Below, one piece after another: positions 1-9,483 of a stretch of DNA of 36,120 nt (position 1 is the first letter of the stretch; the number at the start of each line of letters is the position of its first letter). Position numbers and translations under genes: made by a program. This DNA is from a virus (taxonomy: Duplodnaviria; Caudoviricetes), in the IMG/VR virus record IMGVR_UViG_3300025875_000069, positions 1 to 36,120 of that record; one strand, written 5' to 3'. The notes under the pieces are model-generated. The model was not told the origin of the DNA. It saw only the letters and a program-made list of their open reading frames with translations, and did not search any database.

Positions 1-127
1 CCTGGACGAGGTCCGGTCTGAGCTCGTCGCCGCCTCCGTCGTCGTCGATGACGAGGACGAGGCGCTGCGCACCCCGGCCTGGTGGGCGGCGCAGTTCGAG
101 CGCCCCGAGTGGACCAAGGGCGAGAAG
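1..127 (+). repeat. Terminal overlap, copy 1 (assembly circularity)
   Basis: CCTGGACGAG...GGGCGAGAAG is identical to 35994-36120 and lies mid-gene. Confidence 0.95.
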
Positions 128-196
128 CTCGCCGTGAACAACCTGCTGCTGCGGCTGAACCTGCACACCCCCTCGGGGAGCTCGGGAAAAGGCTGA
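2..196 (+). CDS. Tail assembly chaperone (G-like), C-terminal part; gene starts at 35665 and crosses the contig junction (about 174 aa in total)
   Basis: The frame from ATG 35665 continues through the overlap as LDEVRSELVAAS...HTPSGSSGKG* with TGA at 194-196; lies between major tail and tape measure genes. Confidence 0.85.
   Translation: MDEVRSELVAASVVVDDEDEALRTPAWWAAQFERPEWTKGEKLAVNNLLLRLNLHTPSGSSGKG
184..190 (+). other. Programmed -1 ribosomal frameshift slippery site G GGA AAA
   Basis: X XXY YYZ heptamer in the correct phase just before the chaperone stop; a -1 shift enters the frame that stays open to 531. Confidence 0.85.
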
Positions 197-531
197 GGCG
201 CGACCAGCTCCACTCGGCCCGCATGGCCTACTGCGGGCCCCGCGGGATCGAGCTGGACGCCTTCCTGCGGTGGTCGCGCCGTTCCCAGGACGCCGCCCTG
301 GAGTGGGCCGCCCGTGAAGCCCGCCGCTGCGGCGGCTGCGGATCCGACCCCGACGAGTGGGCCGACGACCCGCACGCCTACCACGCACACCTGACCCAGG
401 AGTGCCCCGGCTGCCTCGCGGTGCACCGCATCCAGGAGCGGGCCGGCGAGCTCAAGCCCGGGGTTCGCGTCGTCCTCCCGCAGACCCCCGCGGCCGCGTG
501 TCAGCGGTGCAACCCGCGAGCCCGTACCTGA
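184..531 (+). CDS. Tail assembly chaperone frameshift extension (T-like; G-T fusion about 286 aa)
   Basis: The -1 frame reads GKRLRRDQLHSARMAYCGPRG... with CxxC pairs (CGGC, CPGC, CQRC) and ends just before the tape measure RBS. Confidence 0.8.
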   Translation, partial: GKRLRRDQLHSARMAYCGPRGIELDAFLRWSRRSQDAALEWAAREARRCGGCGSDPDEWADDPHAYHAHLTQECPGCLAVHRIQERAGELKPGVRVVLPQTPAAACQRCNPRART

Positions 532-551
532 GCTGAACAGGAGGCCCACCC

Positions 552-3500
552 ATGGCGCTGTCCAAGGACGTCGTCATCCGCCTCCTGGGCGACGCCAGCA
601 GCGCCGACAAGGCGCTCAAGGCCGCAGCCGACGCCGCTGACGTCGCCGTCTCGGCCTACCGGCGGGCCGAGCGGGAGATGGGCAAGCAGGCCGCCACCGC
701 CGAGCGGATGGCCCGCGAGCAGCGCGCGGCGATGGAGGTCGCCGGCAAGAGCGCCGTCATGTTCGGGGCCGTCGTCGCCGCCGGCCTGGCGGTGTCGGCG
801 AAGGCCGCCATCGACTGGGAGTCGGCGTGGGCCGGCGTCATGAAGACCGTCGACGGCTCCCCGGCGGAGATGCAGGCCCTCGAGGACTCACTGCGGGGCC
901 TGGCCACCACTCTGCCGGCCACCCACGAGGAGATCGCCGGCGTCGCCGAGGCCGCCGGCCAGCTCGGCGTCGCCCGCGGCGACATCGTCGAGTTCACCAA
1001 GGTCGCGGTCGCCATGGGCGTCTCGACCAACCTGTCCTCCGACGACGCCGCCACCGGGCTGGCCCGGCTGTCCAACATCATGGGCACCTCCACCGGCGAC
1101 GTCGACCGGCTCGGCTCGGTGCTCGTCGGCCTGGGCAACGCCGGCGCGTCTACCGAGGCGGAGATCCTGGCCATGGGCCTGCGCATCGCCGCCGCCGGCC
1201 GCCAGTCGAAGATGACCGAGGGCGACGTGCTGGGCATCGCCAACGCGATGTCCTCCATGGGCATCGAGGCCGAGGCCGGCGGCACCGCCATCTCCACCGT
1301 CATCAAGAAGATCAACAACGCGGTGCTCGACGGCTCCGACGACCTCACCACCTACGCGTCTCTGGCCGGCATGACCGCCGAGCAGTTCGCCAAGGCCTGG
1401 GGCGAGGACGCCGCCGGCGCGCTGGTCAAGGTCACCTCTGGCCTGGGCGCCGTGCAGACCTCCGGCCAGAACGTGAACACCGTCCTCGACGACCTCGGGC
1501 TCAAGGACATCCGCGTCTCGGACACCATGCTGCGGCTGTCGAGCAACTCGCAGCTGCTCGCCGACTCCCTGGCCACCGGGAACCAGGCGTGGGCGGAGAA
1601 CAACGCCCTGATGAACGAGGCGAACCAGCGCTACGAGACGACCGCCTCGAAGATCCAGATCGCTGAGAACACCCTCAACGACGCGGCGATCACCATCGGC
1701 GACACCCTGCTGCCGGCGCTGGCCGGCGGCGTGGACCTGGTGGCCGACTTCGCCCGCGGCTGGTCCGAGCTCCCCAGCGGGGTGCAGTCCACCGTCGTGG
1801 TCCTCGGGCTGGCGGCCGCCGGCATCGGCCTGGTCGGCGGGGGCGCCGCGATCGCCGCCCCGAAGCTCCTCGCCTTCCGCACCGAGATGGCGCTGCTCGC
1901 CGCGTCCAGCAGCACCACGGCCAGCACGGTGGGCAAGTTCGGCACGTTCATGACCGGCCCGTGGGGCGCCGCCATCGGCGTGGCCACCCTCGCCCTCGGT
2001 GGGCTGGTCACCTGGCTGGGCAAAAGCTCGCAGGCCAGCCAGGAGGCGCAGGACTACCAGCACCAGCTGGCCTCGGCGCTGCGCGAGTCCAAGGGCGCGA
2101 TCGACGACACCGTCCGAGCCATGGCCGCGCAGAAGGCCGAGGACTCCAAGTTCAAGGACTCCTCGCTGCTCGAGTGGGCGGACAAGATCGGCGTCAGCGG
2201 GGGCAAGGTCACCGACGCGCTGCTGGGCAACAAGGCGGCCTACGGCGAGATCACCGCCGCGATCGACGCCTACGCCCAGGCCCAGATGGACGCCGCCATC
2301 GCCGGCGGCTACACCGACACCCTCGACCTGTCGTGGGTGGGCGACCTGAAGAGCCAGTACGGCGACCTCGCCAACGGCATGGGCGGGGCGATCGCGGAGA
2401 ACGAGCGGCTCGCCGCAGCGACCGCCGAGTCCGGCGACGCGGCCGAGGGCAGCACACCTCAGCTCAAGGGGGCTGCCGGCGCCTACGCCGACATGGCCGA
2501 CAGCGGGGAGGACGCGGTCGACGCCGCGGAGAACCTCGCCAAGGCCATCGACGCGCTCAACGGGCCCACCCTCGACGTCCGTCGGGCCACCCGGGACTAC
2601 CAGGCCGCCCTCGACGAGCTCACCACCTCGCTGGCTGAGAACGGCGCGACCCTGGACATCAACTCCGAGGCCGGCCGGAAGAACAGCGAGGCCCTGGACG
2701 GGCTGGCCACGTCCGCCATGGACCAGGCCAAGGCGATCTACAACACCACCGGCTCCTACGACGCCTTCCGATCCTCGCTGAAGGACGCCCGGGCGTCGCT
2801 GTTCGACCAGGCCACCGCCTTCGGCATGACCGACGAGCAGGCCAAGGCCTACGTCGACACGGTGCTGCAGATCCCCGACGAGGCGACCACCGGCCTGGAA
2901 CTGGACAACTACGACCCGACCCGCGACCAGCTGATCGACGTCGTCAACCGGATCAAGGACATCCCCCTCGAGCACCGGATCAACGTGCCGGCGATGACCG
3001 AGGAGGCCACGCAGAAGCTGCGTGACCTGGGCATCAAGGTGCAGACGCTGCCCGACGGCACCGTCGACGTCTGGGCCAACACCCAGCAGGCCAAGGACGA
3101 CCTGGCCGCTCTCACCGTGGCCCGGTCGACCGTGATCACCGCCTACGTCCGGCAGGTCGCCGCCCGCGGCGGCGGCATGGACGGCAGCGGCAGCTACCCC
3201 ATCGAGGGTGCGCGGGCCTCCGGCGGTCCGGTCTGGCCCGGCACCTTCCTGGTGGGAGAGAAAGGCCCGGAGCTGGTCACCTTCGGCCAGTCCGGCCACG
3301 TCACCCCGGCCGACCAGACCGCCCAGATCCTGTCGTCGATGCGGCAGCCGGCCGCGGCAGTGCCGGCGTACGCGGCCGCGCTGGCCGCCAGTCCCACCGC
3401 CAGCCCGGGCGGCGGCTCCAGGTCGGTCGTCATCCACTCCCCGATCACCTTCACCGGCCCGGTCTACGGCGGTGAGGCGATGCGGCGGATCGCCCAGGAC

Positions 3501-3554
3501 GTGGTCGACCAGCGCGACGCGCAGCTGGACCGAGACATGAGGAGTTCGCTGTGA
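552..3554 (+). CDS. Tape measure protein (1000 aa)
   Basis: Longest gene; Ala-rich and helical; TP901-type core (AIDWESAWAGVMKTV...GIEAEAGGTAIS); hydrophobic central stretch; C-terminal RASGGPV...LVGEKGPELV motif; AGGAGG RBS. Confidence 0.95.
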   Translation: MALSKDVVIRLLGDASSADKALKAAADAADVAVSAYRRAEREMGKQAATAERMAREQRAAMEVAGKSAVMFGAVVAAGLAVSAKAAIDWESAWAGVMKTVDGSPAEMQALEDSLRGLATTLPATHEEIAGVAEAAGQLGVARGDIVEFTKVAVAMGVSTNLSSDDAATGLARLSNIMGTSTGDVDRLGSVLVGLGNAGASTEAEILAMGLRIAAAGRQSKMTEGDVLGIANAMSSMGIEAEAGGTAISTVIKKINNAVLDGSDDLTTYASLAGMTAEQFAKAWGEDAAGALVKVTSGLGAVQTSGQNVNTVLDDLGLKDIRVSDTMLRLSSNSQLLADSLATGNQAWAENNALMNEANQRYETTASKIQIAENTLNDAAITIGDTLLPALAGGVDLVADFARGWSELPSGVQSTVVVLGLAAAGIGLVGGGAAIAAPKLLAFRTEMALLAASSSTTASTVGKFGTFMTGPWGAAIGVATLALGGLVTWLGKSSQASQEAQDYQHQLASALRESKGAIDDTVRAMAAQKAEDSKFKDSSLLEWADKIGVSGGKVTDALLGNKAAYGEITAAIDAYAQAQMDAAIAGGYTDTLDLSWVGDLKSQYGDLANGMGGAIAENERLAAATAESGDAAEGSTPQLKGAAGAYADMADSGEDAVDAAENLAKAIDALNGPTLDVRRATRDYQAALDELTTSLAENGATLDINSEAGRKNSEALDGLATSAMDQAKAIYNTTGSYDAFRSSLKDARASLFDQATAFGMTDEQAKAYVDTVLQIPDEATTGLELDNYDPTRDQLIDVVNRIKDIPLEHRINVPAMTEEATQKLRDLGIKVQTLPDGTVDVWANTQQAKDDLAALTVARSTVITAYVRQVAARGGGMDGSGSYPIEGARASGGPVWPGTFLVGEKGPELVTFGQSGHVTPADQTAQILSSMRQPAAAVPAYAAALAASPTASPGGGSRSVVIHSPITFTGPVYGGEAMRRIAQDVVDQRDAQLDRDMRSSL

Positions 3555-5434
3555 CCGCTGCTGCACCGGCCGATGTGGCCGTGAACCCCAACGACCCGGG
3601 CCAGCGGTACGTCCTGTGGGGCAACGGGCGGATCGACGCGAGTGGCGGGGCGCCGCCGGTCAGCGGGCAGTCCACCTGGTACGAGTGGCTGAACCAGCCG
3701 GTCGCGGTGGCGCTGCACATCACCGACTGGACGGTCGGGGCCGGCTACGTGTTCGACCTGTACGGCGGGTTCCACCCGGTCAACGGGGCCCCTGTGCTGG
3801 GCGCCACCGGCGTGGTCGACGGGGTGCCGTTCACCAACCCGGTGCGCAACTACGTCGACTGGGCGTGGGACCCGAGCGGCTCCGGCCGGGGAGTGGCGCT
3901 GTCCCAGTACGGGCAGCTGCACCCCTTCGGTGGAGCGTCCGCCCCGCCTCGCGGTGGCGACCGGTGGACCTGGCCGGCAGCCAGGAAGCTGGCGGTCGAC
4001 TGGTCGAACGGAGTGCCCGTCGGTGCCATCACGATGGACCTCTTCGGCGGCATCCACGGCGACTACGGCACCCCGGCGGTCCTGACCCCGGGCAACTACT
4101 GGCCCGGCTGGGACGCCGCCCGAGACCTGGTCGTCACCGACTTCGTCGAGCCGTCGGGCTACGTGCTGGACCTCTTCGGCTGGCCGAACGCGTTCGGATC
4201 GGCACCGGCCCCGTTCGGCGCCCCCTACCTGGCCGGCGCGGACGTCGCCCGCTGCCTGGCGGTGCTCTCCCCCTCGGACCCGGCCCGGTTCTGGCAGGTG
4301 TGGTCCGGCGGGCAGAGCTACGAGTGGACGGCTTCCCGGCCGCCCACGGTGGTCGCCGGCGGAAGCGCCGGCAGCCCGGCCGCGACGGTCACGGACACCA
4401 CCCGGCCGACCCTGGCCTGGTCCTACTCCGACCCCGAGTCGGACTCCCAGGCTGCCTGGCAGCTCCTCGTGTTCGACCAGGAGCTCGTCGACGGCCTGGA
4501 CATGTCCGACCCCGCCCGGTGGACCGACCAGGCGCTGATGACGCTGTCAGGGACCGATCGAGCACGCCGCGGCGTCACGGTCGACCGGGACCTCCCCAAC
4601 GGCGGCCACCGGTTCTACGTGCGGGCCCAGGACACCGCCGGCATGTGGTCTGCCTGGGCCACCTTCGGGTGGACGCAGAACGTGCCCACCCCGCTGGCCC
4701 CGACCGGGCTGACCGCCGTCGCCGACAACAGCACGTTCTCGGTGGTGCTGTCGGTGACAGCGGTGACCGGCGCGGCCGCGCTCGTGCGGTTCGAGTGCTC
4801 CGACGACGACGGCGCCACCTGGCAGCCGGTGCGCGGCGCCGACGCCGTGCCGCTGGCGGCCACAACGGCCGCCACCGACTGGGACGCGCCCCTCGGAGTC
4901 ACCCGCACCTACCGTGCCACCGCCTACTCCACCGCCCCCCGGATCGCCTCGCCGGTCAGCGCCACGGCGACGGCGACCCTCACCCGGCTGACCTACGTGC
5001 TCACCGCCGTCGACGACCCCGCCCTCGGCGGAGAGATCGACGCGCAGGAGCCGGTCAAGTGGACCCGCACGTCCGGCGCCGGTGTCTTCCAGGGCGCCTC
5101 CGCGGACTTCTTCACCGTCGTCTCCGACGGGGCGCCGAAGGGCCGACGTCTCCCGCTGCAGGTGATGACCGAGTCCCGGGCGGACTGGGTCCGGGTCGAG
5201 GACCTCGTCGAGGCCGACAGCGTGCTGCTGCTGCGCGACCCGTTCGGCGAGACCACCTACTGCCGGGTCGCCGGCGACTGGGACCGCACCCACCTGGTGG
5301 CGGCACCGACCAGGGAGGAGGTCACGCCCGTGCGCCACCTGCACACGACCGACCTGCCCCTGGTGGAGGTCGCGCCGCCGACGCAGGCAGCGGTCGCCTC
5401 GACGGTGCCGCCCGGCCCGGTCCGGCCCACCTGA
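3551..5434 (+). CDS. Minor tail protein: likely evolved distal-tail protein with N-terminal beta-propeller-like repeats and Ig/FN3-like domains
   Basis: Directly follows the tape measure (GTGA overlap); repeats GYVFDLYGGFHP, ITMDLFGGIHG, GYVLDLFGWPN; FN3-like YVRAQDTAGMWSAW; C-terminal VLLLRDPFG. Confidence 0.7.
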   Translation: MTAAAPADVAVNPNDPGQRYVLWGNGRIDASGGAPPVSGQSTWYEWLNQPVAVALHITDWTVGAGYVFDLYGGFHPVNGAPVLGATGVVDGVPFTNPVRNYVDWAWDPSGSGRGVALSQYGQLHPFGGASAPPRGGDRWTWPAARKLAVDWSNGVPVGAITMDLFGGIHGDYGTPAVLTPGNYWPGWDAARDLVVTDFVEPSGYVLDLFGWPNAFGSAPAPFGAPYLAGADVARCLAVLSPSDPARFWQVWSGGQSYEWTASRPPTVVAGGSAGSPAATVTDTTRPTLAWSYSDPESDSQAAWQLLVFDQELVDGLDMSDPARWTDQALMTLSGTDRARRGVTVDRDLPNGGHRFYVRAQDTAGMWSAWATFGWTQNVPTPLAPTGLTAVADNSTFSVVLSVTAVTGAAALVRFECSDDDGATWQPVRGADAVPLAATTAATDWDAPLGVTRTYRATAYSTAPRIASPVSATATATLTRLTYVLTAVDDPALGGEIDAQEPVKWTRTSGAGVFQGASADFFTVVSDGAPKGRRLPLQVMTESRADWVRVEDLVEADSVLLLRDPFGETTYCRVAGDWDRTHLVAAPTREEVTPVRHLHTTDLPLVEVAPPTQAAVASTVPPGPVRPT

Positions 5435-6552
5435 TGTGGCCGATGTCGGGTGCCGCCCGGCTGGAGCTGTCCCGCTCCCACACCGCAGCCACCAAGCTCG
5501 AGGTGCTGCACTCCGGGCGCCCGGTTCACGAGCTGGTGGTCACCGGCGGCTCGGTGACCGCACAGGTGGGCCGGTCGGTGATGCGCAACGCCTCTGCCAC
5601 CGCGGTTGATCCGGCCGGGCAGCTGACCGGCGGGGACCTGCAGGACCTGCTCTCGCCGTACGACTGCGAGATCGCGCCCTGGCGCGGTGTGCGCACCCCG
5701 GCCGGGATCGAGTGGGCGCCGCTGGGCGTGTTCGGCCTGACGGGCCGGCGGGTCGCCGGCGACGGGTCGGTGGAGCTGTCCGGCCAGGACCGGGCGATGA
5801 CCTATCAGGGGCCGATGTCCGGTGCCCTGGCCGTCCCCGGCGGGACGCCGGTGGAGGAGGCCATCACCCGGCTCCTGGTCACCCGCCAGCCCGGCGTGCA
5901 GATGCGCTCCTGGCACACCGGGTTCACCTGCGGGCCGCTGCTGTACCGGCCTGACATCGACGTGTGGGCCGAGGCCCGCAAGCTGGCCCAGTCGGTGGGT
6001 GGCTGGCTGCACCACGACCGGCTCGGCCGGCTGGTCTTCTCCCCGCTGCTCCCCACCACCACCACCCCGGTCGCGCGCTACGCCGACGGTGACGGGGTGC
6101 TGGTCGAGGCCTCCCGGTCCGAGGACGCAGACACCATCCACAACGTCGTCGTCGTCCGGTCGACCGACGGGACCATCCAGGCCGTCGCCGAGGACACCGA
6201 CCCGACCAGCCCCACGTACGCGGGTGGCCGGTACGGGCGCCGGGTCACCGTCATCACCAACCCGCACGTCAGCAGCGTCGAGCAGGCCCAGCAGGCCGCC
6301 ACGACCGCGCTGCTGCGGGAACTCGGCCGCTCCGAGACCGCCGCGTTGCAGATCGTGCCCAACCCCGCGCTGGACCCGCTCGACGCGGTCGCCGTGCACC
6401 GGCCCAGCGCAGGCCTGCTGGACCGGGTGCTGGTCATCGACTCGCTCACCGTGCCCCTGCTCGCCACCGAGCTGATGACCCTCGGCTGCCGCAAGTACCT
6501 GCTGACCCGCGACGGGCAGACCCTCGAGACAGAGCTGGAGATGCACTCATGA
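5434..6552 (+). CDS. Minor tail / baseplate hub protein (372 aa)
   Basis: ATG overlaps the previous TGA; motifs LLSPYDCEIAPWRG, WAPLGVF, NVVVV, SPTY.GGRYG, PNPALDPLD as in actinophage hub proteins. Confidence 0.8.
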   Translation: MWPMSGAARLELSRSHTAATKLEVLHSGRPVHELVVTGGSVTAQVGRSVMRNASATAVDPAGQLTGGDLQDLLSPYDCEIAPWRGVRTPAGIEWAPLGVFGLTGRRVAGDGSVELSGQDRAMTYQGPMSGALAVPGGTPVEEAITRLLVTRQPGVQMRSWHTGFTCGPLLYRPDIDVWAEARKLAQSVGGWLHHDRLGRLVFSPLLPTTTTPVARYADGDGVLVEASRSEDADTIHNVVVVRSTDGTIQAVAEDTDPTSPTYAGGRYGRRVTVITNPHVSSVEQAQQAATTALLRELGRSETAALQIVPNPALDPLDAVAVHRPSAGLLDRVLVIDSLTVPLLATELMTLGCRKYLLTRDGQTLETELEMHS

Positions 6553-7835
6553 CCGCCCCCACCGGACTCGCGGACCAGTTCGCGCTCCTGCTCCAAGAGG
6601 TGCGCGAGCTCAAGGAGCAGCGCGTCAGCTACGTCACCGGCCAGGTCACCGCGGTGGACATCGCAGGGTCGACTGTGTCGGTGCGCGTCGCCGGCCAGGT
6701 CGACGACGCAGTCCAGGACCTGACCGGCATCCCGTCGCCTCGGCAGTTCCTGCCGTCGGAGGGGGACACGGCAACCCTGGCCGTCGTCGGGGCGTCCCCG
6801 ATGTACCAGCCGTCGGGCATCGCTGCCGACGCTGTGACGCTCCGGGAGCTGGAGCCGGCCATCGTCGACACCCTGGAGAATGCTGCTGGCGCGGCGGAGA
6901 CCGCGGCGGCCGCGCAGACCACCGCCGCCGCCGCGCGTCAGACCGCCATGGACGCCGAGGCCGCCGCGCTCGTGGCTACCCAGGCCGCCAACAGCATCAC
7001 GGCCGCGCAGATCACCGCCGGCGCGGTCACCGCCGGGAAGATCGCCGCCAGCGCGGTCACCGCCGGCACGATCGCCGCCAGCGCGGTCACCGCCGGCACG
7101 ATCGCCGCCGGCGCGGTCACCGCCGGGAAGATCGCCGCCGACGCGATCGACGGCCGCACCATCACCGGCACCGTCGTGCGCACTGCAGCGAGCGGACCGC
7201 GCGCGCAGATGGACACCACGGGTGGCCGGCAGGGCGGTGGACGGTTCACGGTCTCTCCCGGCGGCACCGGCGGCCCGGGCGCGTTCGAGGCAGGCAGCGA
7301 CACGGACGGTCCCTACGCCCTCCTGACCAGCCCGACAGAGGCCGGCAGAACGGCGAACACCGAGGTCTTCCTCAGGCCCGACGCGATCGAGCTGTGGACC
7401 GACACCGGCACCGCGCTGCTCAACGGCCGACCGATCCGGCCCCGGTGGACCGACGCGCTGGTCACGGACATCGGCTACAACGCCCAGGTCCTCAACACCG
7501 CGTGGACGACGCTCCCCGGATCCGGGCCCATCGCCCTCGGCTTCCTCGACGTGGGCGCCCAGCTCAAGGTGGAGTGGTCGGCCCCGCTGGTCGATCTGCC
7601 CGCAGGCACCGGCGTGCAGATCCGCATCGTCGTCAACGGCGCCGTCGTGGCCGGTGGCTACTGGTCGAACTCGGGTGCCGCGTCGATCGCCGGCCCCGGG
7701 TTCCTGGCCGGCACGTTCGACGGTACCGGCGCTGCGGTGTCCTTCCAGGTCCAGGCCCAGAGGGCCGGCTCGGGCGCCCCCAGCGTCCGAGCCATCGGCA
7801 TCGCGCCCGTCGAGATCCGCTACAAGATCGCCTGA
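6549..7835 (+). CDS. Tail spike/fibre, possible receptor-binding protein (428 aa)
   Basis: N-terminal GQVTAVD spike-like start; central IAAxAVTAGx decapeptide repeats; beta-rich C-terminus; last tail gene. Confidence 0.75.
   Translation: MTAPTGLADQFALLLQEVRELKEQRVSYVTGQVTAVDIAGSTVSVRVAGQVDDAVQDLTGIPSPRQFLPSEGDTATLAVVGASPMYQPSGIAADAVTLRELEPAIVDTLENAAGAAETAAAAQTTAAAARQTAMDAEAAALVATQAANSITAAQITAGAVTAGKIAASAVTAGTIAASAVTAGTIAAGAVTAGKIAADAIDGRTITGTVVRTAASGPRAQMDTTGGRQGGGRFTVSPGGTGGPGAFEAGSDTDGPYALLTSPTEAGRTANTEVFLRPDAIELWTDTGTALLNGRPIRPRWTDALVTDIGYNAQVLNTAWTTLPGSGPIALGFLDVGAQLKVEWSAPLVDLPAGTGVQIRIVVNGAVVAGGYWSNSGAASIAGPGFLAGTFDGTGAAVSFQVQAQRAGSGAPSVRAIGIAPVEIRYKIA
7011..7140 (+). repeat. 30-bp tandem repeat, about 4.3 copies, coding IAAxAVTAGx
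   Basis: ATCRCCGCCRGCGCGGTCACCGCCGGSAMG units visible in tandem. Confidence 0.9.
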
Positions 7836-7917
7836 GCCCGGTCTGGGCCAGTCCCGACCCCAATGCCCGACCACCACCCGGTGGCCGGGTCACAGCTATG
7901 CCCAGGAGGTACCCGCG

Positions 7918-8094
7918 ATGGAGCCCCTACACGACGACGACCTGACGGTCGAGGTGGAGACCCCGGCCGGGATCGTCCGCAACCTCACGGCCGCGGAGTA
8001 CGCGGCCAGCTACGCCGACGGCGAGCCGCACCAGCTGCCCGCCGACGTGCTGGCCGCCGTCGAGGCCGACGTCGCCGCCCAGGACCAGCAGTGA
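7918..8094 (+). CDS. Small acidic hypothetical protein (58 aa)
   Basis: AGGAGG RBS then ATG 7918; stop overlaps the endolysin GTG. Confidence 0.7.
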   Translation: MEPLHDDDLTVEVETPAGIVRNLTAAEYAASYADGEPHQLPADVLAAVEADVAAQDQQ

Positions 8095-9101
8095 CCGCGG
8101 CTGCGCTGCGGTGGATGCCCGCGAAGGCCTACGGCGGTCTGTTCAAGCCGCCGGCCGCGGCGTTCGTGGTCATCCACTGCACCGAGTCCGACAACGGCGC
8201 CGGGACGGCGGAGTCCCTCGCCGGGCCCAACTGGTTCGGCGGCCCCGCGGGAACCAGCGCGCACCGCATGTTCGACCGGGACTCCGGGGTGGAGATGGTC
8301 CGCCGCACCCTCGTCGCCTTCCACGCCGGACCGCAGGGCAACACCTGGGGTCGGTCCTACGAGTTCTGCGGCCGGGCCTCGTGGTCGGCCGCGAAGTGGC
8401 GCGAGCCGGCGCAGCTGCAGATGCTGCGCCTCGCCGCCCCGCACATCGCCGACGACCTCATCGAGATCACCGGCAGCCGGGCGTCGGCGCTGGCCGCGGC
8501 GCGCTGGCTGTCCCTGGTCCAGGTCTTCCGCAAGGACCACGGCCTCTGCACGCACAACGACATCCGGCTCGCCCTCGGTGGCACCACCCACTCCGACCCG
8601 GGCCCCAACTTCCCCTACGCCGAGCTGCTCGCGATGGTGCGCGCCGAGCTCGGAGAGCAGCCCGTCGGCGACGCCGTCGCCGACGACCACAGGACCCCAC
8701 TGGAGGACGACGTGCCCACCGCCACCATCCTGCCCGGGCAGAGCATCTGCCTGCCCGCCACCACCAAGGACACCGACCTCCTGGTGGCCTGCGACAACCC
8801 CACCCGGGCCACCGTCAAGCTCGCCGGACCCGACGGCCCGGACACCCTGATCGAGGGCGCCGACCTGCGGGTCGCCGTCCAGCGCGCCGACCGCACCTGG
8901 CACCCCGTCGGCCGCCCGGGCTTCCCGATCAACGGCGTCGAGCCCCTCCTCACCGCCGTGCCACTGGGAGTCACCGGCTGCCACCTCAACGGCACCGGGG
9001 CCAAGGACGACATGGGGCACGGCCAGGTGCTCGGCGTCTCCGTCCTGAACACCGGGCACGTGCCTGTCACGGTCACCCTCGCCCCGCACCCGCTGTCGTG
9101 A
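8091..9101 (+). CDS. Endolysin, N-acetylmuramoyl-L-alanine amidase (Amidase_2-like), with unassigned C-terminal domain
   Basis: VVIHCTE, TSAH, AFHAG, SYEFCG, CTHND and THSDPGPNFPY zinc-amidase motifs; follows the tail genes. Confidence 0.9.
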   Translation: MTAAALRWMPAKAYGGLFKPPAAAFVVIHCTESDNGAGTAESLAGPNWFGGPAGTSAHRMFDRDSGVEMVRRTLVAFHAGPQGNTWGRSYEFCGRASWSAAKWREPAQLQMLRLAAPHIADDLIEITGSRASALAAARWLSLVQVFRKDHGLCTHNDIRLALGGTTHSDPGPNFPYAELLAMVRAELGEQPVGDAVADDHRTPLEDDVPTATILPGQSICLPATTKDTDLLVACDNPTRATVKLAGPDGPDTLIEGADLRVAVQRADRTWHPVGRPGFPINGVEPLLTAVPLGVTGCHLNGTGAKDDMGHGQVLGVSVLNTGHVPVTVTLAPHPLS

Positions 9102-9472
9102 CGCTGCCGACCCAGCGGGGCGCCAGCACGGGTGGCCACGACGGGGGAGGGGTCCTCGGCTTCGTCGCCGAGTCCCTCCGCCGACTGGAGGACACGGTCG
9201 GCCGCGGCTTCGCTGAGGTCAACAAGCAGCTGACCGAGATGCCCACCCACTACGTGCCCCGGCGTGAGGTCGAGCGCCGCTTCGACGACCTGACCATCGA
9301 CCTGGGCGCCGAGCAGGCCGCCCGCAAGGCCGACATCGCCGAGCTCAAGCAGGCCGCCATGGCCGCAGAGCAGTCCCGGGTCGCCGCCCGCCGGTGGGTC
9401 ATCGGCCTCGCGGTCGGCACTGGCATGTCCGTCACCGGCGTCGTCTCCGGCGTCGTCCTCCACTTCACCTGA
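9098..9472 (+). CDS. Lysis-cassette membrane protein (coiled coil plus C-terminal TM helix)
   Basis: GTGA overlap; helical YVPRREVERR region; terminal WVIGLAVGTGMSVTGVVSGVVL. Confidence 0.7.
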   Translation: MTLPTQRGASTGGHDGGGVLGFVAESLRRLEDTVGRGFAEVNKQLTEMPTHYVPRREVERRFDDLTIDLGAEQAARKADIAELKQAAMAAEQSRVAARRWVIGLAVGTGMSVTGVVSGVVLHFT

Positions 9473-9483
9473 TCGGAGGCCTC

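Noticed and set aside
1-127. Biological direct terminal repeat
   Set aside because: It falls mid-gene, equals a common k-mer length, and the HNH-terS layout suggests the true ends are near 26.8 kb
888-3566. Long antisense and alternate-frame ORFs (e.g. 888-3566, 6078-7877, 18248-19576, 28415-29755)
   Set aside because: Shadow ORFs caused by high-GC codon bias opposite well-supported genes; no motifs or RBS
7011-7140. CRISPR array or DGR template/variable repeat
   Set aside because: Contiguous in-frame coding repeats with no spacers; no cas or reverse transcriptase gene seen
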